Source: Vicugna vicugna (taxonomy: Eukaryota). Taken from it: DNA of 64,000 bases. Shown piece by piece: positions 1-9,830 of the stretch. Each line of letters opens with the position of its first letter. Position 1 is the first letter of the stretch. Location of the stretch: contig MU059781.1 in the NCBI GenBank assembly GCA_013265495.1, positions 1,897,667 through 1,961,666 on the forward strand, written 5' to 3'. The position numbers and the translations under genes are program-made. The notes beneath the pieces were generated by a model. It did no database searches. It was not told the DNA's origin and was given only the letters and a program-made list of their open reading frames with translations.

Positions 1-1660
1 GTGGACCACACTTGGCTGGACCTGGTTTCCATCCCACTCCCACTTCCTCTCAGTGCTTCTTGGCAGAAGCTGGCTGGCAGCCAGCGAGCAAGGACACCTG
101 CGAGGTGTGGTCTGTAGGGTGAGACCTGAGGAGAGAATTGATTCAGAGCTGCAAACAGGACAATCCGCCCAGGGCGGCGGTGGTTTTGTGATGGTTCCTG
201 AGACTCAACCAGTATTTAGTTGGTAAATCCCATGTGCCAGGCACTGTGCTGGGTGCCTGGGGATACGTGGTGGATGCCGTTCTGGCCCTCTTGAACCCTG
301 TGGTCTAGAGTGGCAGCTAATGACCATGAAAGTGCCTCTCGGCACGTGTGACAAGGACCTGAGTTCTGCACGTGATGTTTGGGGGCTGAGGCACGCGTAG
401 CCTCAGACAACTCCTAATCCCTAAGCCATTCCTTGGATCCACTCTGTGATGTGAGCTTCCCCACCAGCTGACGGCCTGCCCAGGTGTCCTTGGCTTAGCC
501 TTAGAGCAAAACAAACGTGCATTTCCTAGTCACGCACTGACAGGAGGGACAGCAGCCGAGGAACACGCAGAGCAGGGGGGCAAAGGGAACTTGTGCTCGT
601 TCTGCCCCACCGTCGAAAAGCCACACACGCACAATGAGGAACAGATGGGTCCAGTGCAGGTGGACCACACCCCTCCCCAGCTGTATTATTCTTCACTGTG
701 ATCATCTGCTTACTTTTCAAAGCCCCTTAGCTGATCTGCTAGTCCTCAGACCACACCCTGAGCAGGACGATGGTAGCGGGAGACGAGTTAGAGGCCAGCG
801 CCATCCTCGCCAGGTGTGTCTTCATGGTTCAGCCAGCCTCATGTTTGCAGGCTTTCTGGAACATTTAGAAGTCTGAATGGCCCTCGACGCAGCGGGGCTC
901 TCGGAGCCAGCACCCCCGCATTCTGCTTTGGGTTCCTTTGGCAGTAAGAGGACCGTTCCCTTCGACTACTATGTTTCTTTTATGGTTTTTGCCTCGTTCT
1001 GCCTTGCAGTTGCACTCCTGGAAGCCGCTTTTAAGTTGGCGTTGACAAAATGTGACTCCAGATTGAGTCTTGATGTTTCTTCCCTTGTCCGGCCCTCAGC
1101 ACTCGACCTGGCCCTGCTGTGACCTGGCCAGCACTGTCCTTAACTAAATGGTCCCAACAGCCCCTGGGAGATGAACTCAGGCTGTCCCTGGTGGAGGTGA
1201 GCCCCTGGGATGCTCCCCCCACAAACCTCTCTCCTTAAAGAGTTTCTTCTATCACTGGACAAAGGTCACAAGACTGCCTGGCTCAAATGTGCTGTGTTCC
1301 AGTCTGCCCCTGTGCATCTGCAGACTGCAAGGGGGACGAGGCTTCAGGGCCGATGAGTTGTGGAGCAGGCAGGGCGAGCGGAGGGGGAGGGCGGGCGGTC
1401 AGCGCTGAGCCGGAAATGTCTGCGGGGGAGATAAGGGCTTGAGCAGCAGGGGCAGTCAGCGGTCCCGCCTGCTGCGGGGGGGAGAAGGGACAGGCACCTC
1501 CAGCGCCCTGCTCCCGCAGCAGCACGGCAGGGCCTGTGGCACAGTAAGGGGTGGCCCCCAGTGGGCCTGCTGGGTGAAGGATGGAAAGAATAGAGGAATA
1601 TTTGATCAGGAAAAAAGAAAGCCAAGGAAAACAGCTTGGCATTTGGTGTGGATTTCTTGC

Positions 1661-1666
1661 TTTAAT
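1661..1666 (-). terminator. Probable distal poly(A) signal ATTAAA
   Basis: Minus strand ATTAAA-GCAAGAAATCCACACCAAATGCCAAG is followed by a U/GU-rich tract (CTGTTTTCCTTGGCTTTCTTTTTTCC). Confidence 0.65.
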
Positions 1667-3107
1667 GAAGGTTTGAATGGGGGGGTGGAGAAGGGAAAGC
1701 AGTGACTTCTACTAAATGTCACTGGGCTGAGACCCCAAGGCCTCTGGGGGGGCGGGGGACCGACCCTTCCTGGGCAGGGCACGCAGTGGGCCCACTGCTC
1801 TGGGACCGGGTGGCTGCGCCAGACCATCCATGCCTTTGGTTTCTATCTTTAAGCCGACTTCACGGTCAGGTTCGCCAGGCCAGTCTGGGAGAGCCGTGGC
1901 TGTGCTGGGCTTCCCAGACCTCCGTGCTCAGGGAGAGCTGCAGAGGGTCCAGGCAGCCCTGGGCGGGGCGGGGTGGGGCTCGCAAGGGGCCCGAACCTGC
2001 CCCGTGCGGTAGAGGGTGGAAGGGCAGACCCTCGGGGCCTTCTAGAACAGTCTGCCGAGGGGCTGCCTTCTTCCCACACAGGCTCGGCTGCCTCGGACAC
2101 TCCTTGCCGAAGGCCAAGGCTGGGGAAGCAACAGGGAGGCCCTAGGACTGACCGCAGTCCCCCGGCGTCCACCTCACACTTTGCCTTTAGAAAGCTCATG
2201 TTGTGGACAGGAGAAAAGGAAACCTCTGGACAAAATCTTTCATTCTCAGCCCCCCTCCCAACTAAATTAAAAACAGTAAAACTCCCCACTTAACGAACCC
2301 ACAGGTCAAAACAGACCTTTAAATTACAGTAAGCCTTAAAAAAAAAGGGACACAGTTTCTTAAGTCCACCTCATAAAGGCTAAAAACCAAACTGCCCCAA
2401 ACCCGAGAACATCAGCCTGATTTTAAGATGCAGGAAGGATGCAGGATGCTGGCATCCCCACATCTGGGCCGGTGGCCTGTGTCACCCATCGAATGTCCCC
2501 GAGCTTGGCAGGAGACTCGAGGAAGATAGATGGCGGGGAGCTCTGCAGGAAATTTCTAGATACCAATGGCCCCACTTCTCAGAAAGGCTTTCCACCCGCC
2601 AGGCACTCACCAGGAAGCTGCAGGCGACAGATACCAGCAGAGGAAGCTTAAGGACATGCAGTAATCTGGGTGATGGAGACGTTGTAAACACTTTGTGTTT
2701 CCCTCCCAGTTTACCTCAAGAACAGTAGGTGCCTCCTCAATCTGAATTGATCTATCGAGCCAAAGAGATGAATCCAGCCGAGGAAGTGTGTTAGCAAGAT
2801 ATGTCGGACTAAACTCCATCACATCCACTACAGAGAAGGTGAGAGCCCCGTTTGCTCTCTCCCCGGCCACCCAGTGAATTCCTCCAACCTGTGTGACTGT
2901 CGGGTTCTTTCAGGCTCTGCTGCCTACGGCCAGGTACACTCGATTCCCCTGCTGCCCTCTCTCTGGGGTGATGTGAGAAACTCCGAATCTGTGTGTGAAA
3001 TTGAGGTGGGGCCAGTGGCAGATGATCTGTAATGCAGGGCAAGGGGTGACTGGTGAGACTTCCGTGTCAACACAGACACATCCAGGTACACAGAAACAAT
3101 AAAATCT

Positions 3108-3113
3108 TTTAAT
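3108..3113 (-). terminator. Candidate proximal poly(A) signal ATTAAA
   Basis: Upstream TGTA (3124-3121) and downstream GU-rich TTGTTTCTGTGT...GTGTCTGTGTT on the minus strand. Confidence 0.4.
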
Positions 3114-3397
3114 TCTCTTTTTACAGGGGCCACAGGCTTCCTTCAATCAGGTGAACCCCAGTGGGCACCGCTGTCTTGCAGCTACGAGGTGGCAGCACGG
3201 TGAGGTGCCTCCGTACAGGTGGTCCCAGCGAGTCAGTACAAGTTACAATGAAAACTCTGCACCAACAGCCCTGAGGACGTGGCGATGGTGAGTCACTGCC
3301 TTTCAACCTTGGCTCAAGACAGTTTGTCCCAGCTGTCAAAAGCCTCAAAACACCAATCATGCGTCTTACCCCTATTCTGGATTTTTATAAAACACTT

Positions 3398-3428
3398 TAT
3401 ATATAATATATATATATATGTATGTATA
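3398..3428. repeat. (TA)n-rich microsatellite in the 3' UTR
   Basis: tatatataatatatatatatatgtatgtata seen directly. Confidence 0.85.
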
Positions 3429-4311
3429 TCTCCAGCACAATAAATGTGCCTATGGTGCACTCTAACATAGAGCACAGGAATACACACCACGAGCCCAGCC
3501 CCAGTGTCTCCACAGTGGGGAAAGTGCGCAGGTGCGCTGGACGCACAGGGCGTGACGGCGGAAAGGGACAGAGTTCCCTGCTGCGTCCGCCCGTGAGAGC
3601 TGGTCTCTGCCCCGCTGGTGGCAGTAGGAGCAGTAACAGAAACAATGGCATTTGCTAAGGGCAGAGGAGGTTATGCAGAGAGTGGTGCTTATCCAGAGAT
3701 TGTCTAGAAATAATTGCCGCAGGTCTGCCTGGCCCCAGACCCCAGGCTGAGGTCTCTCTGTAGAGGGTGGGGCTGGCCTTGGGGGTGGCAGGCTGACGTG
3801 GCCTCTCTCAGACACACACACTCACACACTCGCTCATCCACACGCCCCAGGGGAAAGTGCACTTCCAACAGCGGATACAAAAATAAATTGGCACGCTCTT
3901 TTGACATAGGGAGCGTGTCTTCCAGAAGCTCTCCTCCAACTTCTGCAAATTCCCTTCCCCTCCTCTGCTCTAGGACTTCACGCTCTGGGTTGGAATGGGT
4001 CTGGAGAGAAGACCCGGGGACAAGCCTGCAAGGTCTGCGTGTGGCCGCGAGGAAGCCTTGCTCGCGGAGAGCTGGGAGAGCGGTCTTCTGCACGGGGCTC
4101 CCGTTCCTTGCTGAGCAGTAAACAGTTCACGGCTCATCTCTGCTGGCCAGACACAAGACTCCCTGAAAAGCTCCCAGTACTGCTTCTACACAAAAACATG
4201 TCGAGAGGAAAAACGTTTGGTCAGCCGAGTTCTATTTTTGCCTTTCCAGCAGTAAGTGCTGCTCGCCCGCGCCCAGAGGAAGTGGCCCCTGGCCCTCCTC
4301 GGAGGCCTGTG

Positions 4312-4452
4312 CTAGGAACTCTGGACCAGGCGTCTGTAATGGGGCATGACTTCGTGCTCTGGCAGATGAAGGGCAAATTCCAAGGCCACCAACACCGGGA
4401 ATTCAAAGGCAATCAGTTCTCGTCTGTTCAGCCGGAACTTCTCTTCCAGTTT
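4312..4452 (-). CDS. CABLES1: CABLES1 exon 10 coding part (141 nt including TAG): [46 protein letters not shown]
   Basis: Acceptor ctgttgcag|AAACTG; stop TAG at 4314-4312; matches the recalled CABLES1 C-terminus. Confidence 0.98.
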   Translation of the reverse strand, partial: KLEEKFRLNRRELIAFEFPVLVALEFALHLPEHEVMPHYRRLVQSS

Positions 4453-4689
4453 CTGCAACAGAATTAAAATCAGAAGCTTTTTAGCTTTGAGATAAAAATC
4501 CTAAGTTTTTTTCTCCCCACGTGTAACCTCTGTATCCATCAGCCGGTGGGTGTTTCCAGAGAAACCCGTGATGGGCAAGACTGTGGAGGAGGAAAGGGGG
4601 GCATCGGCGTGCTTCCTCCTCTCAGTCCTGGTGGAGGGGGAGTCGTACCCCACTGAGGACCTGCAGTCTACCTGACATACATCCCGTGA

Positions 4690-4850
4690 CTTCACTTAAT
4701 CGCTCATCTGTCTTACAAGGTCAGTGTTATGTTTACCTCTAGCTTACAGATGAGAAAACAGGGTCAAGAGGTTACGTCTTCTGTCTAAGGTGACGTGGGC
4801 AGTGAATTGCAATGCTGAGATTCAGGTGCAGCTGAGACTCGAGCTCTACC
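4690..4850 (-). mobile_element. MIR SINE fragment
   Basis: Core-like ttacagatgagaaaacagggtcaagagg...aaggtgac. Confidence 0.55.
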
Positions 4851-5589
4851 TGCTACATGAGGTTACTCAAGCTTAGAGGTAAGACGAAAGACAGCAGGTC
4901 ATCTACAACAGTAATCACGTGGTAAGCTCAGGGCTGGGTGAGCTGGTTGTATGCAATTTGGTCCTTTCATTTTACGCACGAGGACCAAGCCCTGGTGAGG
5001 CCGCCTCCCTTTTAGGGCGGCGCACAGCTCGTGTGTACCTGAATGGGCTGAGCCCACGCCCAGGGGCTCCCCCTCCTGCACTGCCTCTTGGTCCTCCCAG
5101 CTGCAGGGGCTTCTGGGGCAGAAATGGAGAACCATCAGAGTGAGGGTGGGTAGGGAAGGCCTCATTTTTGCTGGAGTACATTCTGCTTTGGCTTAAGCTC
5201 AGCTTTTGGCTTAATTTTTTAAAAATCTCAATGCCAGAGCAGTTGGTGACTGCATTCGGATTATCAGTGGGGCAGGATCTTACGTTCAGTTAATTGCTAT
5301 CACAAAAGGCTTGTCAAATTGTTACCCTTACATTCTGCATTACGACTGTGAGCATTGCTGGATAATATATTTCTCAACTGTGACTAAATATGTGTAACAT
5401 CACACTTGCAGGGATTATAAGCAGCATTAGTTCAGCTCCTCTCTATGAAAACCTACTGATCCTCACTTCAGATTTGGCATCCAGAGATCACCTCCACGTT
5501 CCTAAGAGCGTTTACTGCACGAGCTAGATGATTTTGTACCATTTCTTATAACCAGTAAAGCCCTGACCTAAAGAATACTTTCTCTTCCG

Positions 5590-5955
5590 TGGATGGATGG
5601 ATGGATAAACAAAATGTGGCATATACACACCGTGGAATGTTATTTGGCCTTAAAAAGGAAGGAGATTCCAACACATGTTACAACGTGGATGAACGTCGAA
5701 GACATTATGCAAAATGAGATGAGTCAGTTGCAAAAGGACAAATACTGCATGATTCTGCTTATATGAGGGCAGAGTAGTCAGATTCAGAGAGTAGACTGGT
5801 TGGTTGCCTGGGGCTGGGGACAGGGAATGGGGAGTTATTGTTCAATGCGGACAGAGTTCCAGTTTTGCAAGATGAAGAGTTCTGGAGATGGACGGTGGTG
5901 ATAGTTGCAAAACATTATGAATATTCTTAATACCACTGAACCATACCATTTTAAT
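5590..5955 (+). mobile_element. L1MB-type LINE-1 3' end fragment, with (GGAT)n at its 5' edge
   Basis: ggataaacaaaatgtgg...caacgtggatgaa...aaggacaaatactgcatgatt...gagttctggagatggacggtggtgatagttgc. Confidence 0.85.
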
Positions 5956-6503
5956 TATTTTAAGTGTAAGTTTTTTAAAAAGCATACTCTTTCTTAGGTG
6001 GGAGCACCTCCATTAGCGCCCTCTCTGCTGCTTCTCCTTTGGCACCGAGGACGGCCACGCAGCTAGATGGGCGGGGCGTTGCACTAACCAGGTCTTTTAT
6101 TTTCCGTATTCTGAGGCTTTGACATTTTGGGACCTTGCTGATCCTGGAGGCCCTGCCCCTCCCAGGGTTAGCCGGCTCCTAGGGAGAGTGGACAACTCGC
6201 CCGTGGGTGCACTTTTCACATACAAACTAACCAATCCAGAGCCCACACCCAGCCACCTCTTCAACTGGCTGTCACACTCTGAGCCGCCATCCACCTGCCC
6301 TAGTCACCAAGGCCAGGTCCCAGACATGTAGGGACAGCCCTGTGCCCGGGAGCCCACGGAAATAATCCCAACCAGCCAGTCCTAAGCCTGCTTTCCCTGC
6401 CTCGCCTGTTCCTTCCTGCGGAAACCACAGCAAAATCTCCTGGTCACAGTTCTGATCTCTCCTTGCTTCCTCACAAGGCCCCGGTGGTGTGGTGTGCCCT
6501 CCC

Positions 6504-6876
6504 CTTTATGGACTGAATGTGTCACCCCAAAATTTGTATGCTGATGTCCTGTCCTCCGGTGTGATGGTGCTAGGAGGTGGGGCCTTTTAGAGGTGATGAC
6601 ATTTAGAGGAGCTGAAGCGGGTGGGAGTCCTCCTGATGTGATTAGTGCCCTTGTAAGAAGAGACCAGGGAGCTTGCCTGCTCCCCGCACCCCCAACCCCG
6701 AGCCATGGGGGACACAGCGAGAAGGCGCCCATCTCCAAGCCAGGGAGAGGGCTCTCACCAGGAACCGAAGCAGCTGGCACTTTGGTCTCGGACTTCCCAG
6801 CCTGCACGACTGCTCAGTGTCTGTTGTTTAAGCCGCCCAGGCTGTGGTCTTTGGTCACGGCAGCTGAGCTAAGACA
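6504..6876 (+). mobile_element. MLT1A-like MaLR solo LTR
   Basis: Starts tatggactgaatgtgtcaccccaaaatt; internal gattagtgcccttgtaagaagagac; ends tgtttaagcc...gagctaagaca. Confidence 0.85.
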
Positions 6877-7462
6877 CCTCTCCTCTTGAGAAATGGGACT
6901 AAGAAAGTGTCTTTGCAGCAGCAACTGTCTCCTGATTAGCTTTACTGTACCTCAGATTTCCTATGAATACACTGAATTTTAAGACGGGCATTCATATATC
7001 CATCCAGGAAGATCAGTGTTTCCTTGCTTTGATGGGGCTCTACTTTAAAAGAAAAGAGATGGCACTCAGTCAAACCCATGCCCTTCCCTAAAAGAGGAGG
7101 CAGCCTGTGACTGATGGGCACTTTGTGGGTCACACCGTCCACAAGACCCCTGGCCATTAAAGTGGCTTCTGTGGCTTTCAGGATAAGCTCACCCCTTGTG
7201 GTGCCTGAAAATGGACTTTTATGGCCAGACCCAATCCTGGGGACCTTCGGTCTCGTCAGTGTGGCTCCTCCCTCTGTTCTAGGACAGCCTGAGATGTGGG
7301 GCCTGATGTCCACTGCAGAAGGGCCGACCTCACAGCCCTGGTCCCTCAGCGGTACCAAGGATCAGACGTCTCCCAGGCAGGGTCACCGACCAGGCTCTTC
7401 TGAGAGACCAACGTTGACCCAGAGCGCGTGCTCCCCCAGCCATCAGGACTCAGCCCACTTAC

Positions 7463-7670
7463 GTCAATTAAATGCTTGACTTCGTGTTTCTTGAGGTCGC
7501 TTCCAATTTTGGCTGCTAAGAGCACACATGCCCCGGCACAAAGCTTCCGGTTCTGTTTGTTGAGCTTTCCCTTGAGGGCGAGCTTCTCAAAGTAGACAAA
7601 GGCCATGGCCACCGTGGGCTCCTCGAAGCCACAGTCCTCCTGGGCGAGCTTCCGCATCTCTCGCTTTAGG
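7463..7670 (-). CDS. CABLES1: CABLES1 exon 9 (208 nt, phase 2/0), cyclin-box-like domain: LKREMRKLAQEDCGFEEPTVAMAFVYFEKLALKGKLNKQNRKLCAGACVLLAAKIGSDLKKHEVKHLID
   Basis: Acceptor cctttctag|CCTAAAG, donor TTGAC|gtaagt; contained in ORF 7346..7816. Confidence 0.98.
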
Positions 7671-8879
7671 CTAGAAAGGCAGAAGGAGGGAGGAGTCCTG
7701 TTAGAACCCGGAGTCTCGGGGGGCCCCAAAGGAAAAGACTGGCCCATCCTGACAGCATCCTCTCTCATTCCCAGAAGGGCGACGTGGAATGGGATTCCGT
7801 CCCTACAGGTGAGCACATCATCCTATACGCGGCCAGCAGACTCAAGTCGCTGGGGCTTCGGACCCTTCCCGAGCTGTACAGACCATGTCGACACGGGACC
7901 AGGCTGAACCCAAGCGGATCCCTGAGGGTCTGGAAACTGGGAGCAGAAGCGTCCAAAGTGACAGTGGGAAACCAAGGTCGTTCCAGAGAGACAGTTACTG
8001 AGACAAGTAAGGCACTTGGTATCAGATCTGCTGAGCGTCCGTTACAGGCACTGACTATGGCAGAAGGGGGCTCAGGCTAAGGGCACAGCAACCAGTCTGC
8101 TTAGGAGAGCTGCCCGGCCGACGGACAAAGTGCAAACACTTAACTCTTCTCACCTCTTTGGCTCAGAGCACACCAGCATCAAATCAGTATCGGGATGTGT
8201 ACATGTGTGAATGATGCTGCGTATTCCCACACTGTGTGTGTAGTCTAGCCTCCAGTACTACACCTCCCCCACCCCAACACTGAAAGCCTGCTGTCTTGGC
8301 ACACAGACCCCACAACCCAAGGCAGCCTCTCTCCAGCCCAGCAAGGCCGGTCCTCCTGAATCCTGGGCCGGCATATGTGGGTCGCCACTGGGTCGACCCA
8401 GTCAGCCGCAGGGGAAATTCAGGCCTGATTTTGCTTTCGCTGTTTTGCTGACTGCTTCCAGATACGGCTTGGCTGTCACCTCTGGGTGGATGACTGTGGG
8501 TAAAGAGTTATCTTCCCAAACTCTGTGATGCCAACTCTTTTCTCTTGTTTTGCCTGCACTTGAGAGAGAGCAGGGAACCGAATGTTCCCTATTCTGAGCT
8601 TTCCATGATATAAATCTTACTCAAGTATAAGCCACAGGTACCTCTCCCCACCATATCCGACTGTCGGCTCATGTCAAGGGCGCCACCTCCGTCCTGGCTC
8701 GCGGGGCTCTCTCCCATCCAGGCAGCGGTCAGCCAGCATCGGATGAGCCTTTTTGCTGAACGTGACCATATTTCATTTCCCCAGAACAACGGAGAGACCC
8801 ATTGTACAAAACATGAGCTTGGTGCTTGCCGGGAGAGGGGACTAGGGGAAAGTTCGAGTGGGTGCCCATTCTCACGTAC

Positions 8880-8986
8880 CTCCTTATTTTGCTGAGTGTT
8901 AACTTAATGTGAGGGAACTTCTCCTTGAAGGTCTCATTCATGTCCTTCTTGAGATCCGAGGGCTTCACATAGTCGATGACAGTGGT
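8880..8986 (-). CDS. CABLES1: CABLES1 exon 8 (107 nt, phase 0/2): [35 protein letters not shown](S)
   Basis: Acceptor ctgttacag|ACCACT, donor GGAG|gtacgt; contained in ORF 8729..9007. Confidence 0.98.
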
Positions 8987-9269
8987 CTGTAACAGATTGG
9001 GTGACACGGGTCACTCTTAGAATAAGGGGCATGTGTAATAATCCTGAGCAAGTTATAGCCAGCTTCCAACACCACCAGCAACAGGGAGCCTAAACCCTGC
9101 TATCAGCAGGGCCCAGCAACGTTTAGAAACCCCAGCCTCCGGACCATCAGGAGTCGGTGCCTGCAGGGAGGTGAGTCCCTCTTTCAGTGTCTGCGTTTCA
9201 GTCCGACATTCACACAGCGTGTGATCTGGACTCGCACAGATCTGGGTACAGTCTTCACCAGGCCATCAC

Positions 9270-9440
9270 TAGTCGTCTGACTGTGGGAGGTAAACTTAAT
9301 GACCCCAAATGTCAGGCTGCACGTCTGTAAAACGAGAACAGTGACAACGCCCACCTCACATGGCTATTTCAAGAAATACGTGAGAAGTGCTCTGGACGGT
9401 GCTTAGAATATAGCAAGTGCTCAATAAATGTTGGCTATTG
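9270..9440 (+). mobile_element. MIR SINE fragment
   Basis: tctgtaaaacgagaacagtg...cctcacatggct...gcaagtgctcaataaatgttggctatt. Confidence 0.7.
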
Positions 9441-9444
9441 TTTT

Positions 9445-9830
9445 TTGAATTTTTTTTTAAACGAGGGAAAATATACATAACATGAAACTTACCAATTTAA
9501 CTGTGTTTAAGTGTGCAGTTCAGTGGCACGAAGTACATTCACCATGTTGCACAACCATCATCGTCCATCTCCAGAACTCTTATCACCTTGCAAACCTGAA
9601 ACTGCGCATTCCCTCCCCCCAGCTCAGCCTGGAAACCACCGCTCTACTTTCTGTCTCTCTGAGTTTGACTACTCCGGGCACCTTGTACAAGTGGGATCAC
9701 ACGGTATTTGTCCTTGTGTGTCTGGCTTATTTCACTGAACACAATGTCCTCAAGATTCATCCACGTTGCAGCATGGGTTAGGACTCCCTCCGTTTCGAAG
9801 GCTGGATATTAGTCCATTGTATGGACATCG
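9445..9830 (-). mobile_element. L1MB-type LINE-1 3' end fragment
   Basis: Reverse complement aligns by eye to the 5590 copy; shared blocks caacgtggatgaa, aaggacaaatac, gagtagtca, agagttctggagatggacg. Confidence 0.85.

Larger units (their letters stand above)
1645..4311 (-). other. CABLES1: CABLES1 3' UTR (about 2.7 kb)
   Basis: Runs from the stop codon to the inferred distal poly(A) site; repeat-poor; length similar to the roughly 3 kb human UTR as recalled. Confidence 0.7.

Noticed and set aside
1-4311. Coding exons of the neighbour TMEM241/SLC35D4
   Set aside because: No plus-strand ORF resembles a nucleotide-sugar transporter; its coding exons should lie left of this window.
6010-6080. 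CTCF-like motifs here and near 12755
   Set aside because: Only the 3' half matches or the spacing is off by a base; not supportable without a PWM or ChIP data.
7346-7816. 156-aa ORF as a standalone gene
   Set aside because: It is CABLES1 exon 9 with read-through into the flanking introns.
8387-8402. Perfect 16-bp palindrome ACTGGGTCGACCCAGT
   Set aside because: About one such palindrome is expected by chance in 64 kb (64000 x 4^-8 is roughly 1).
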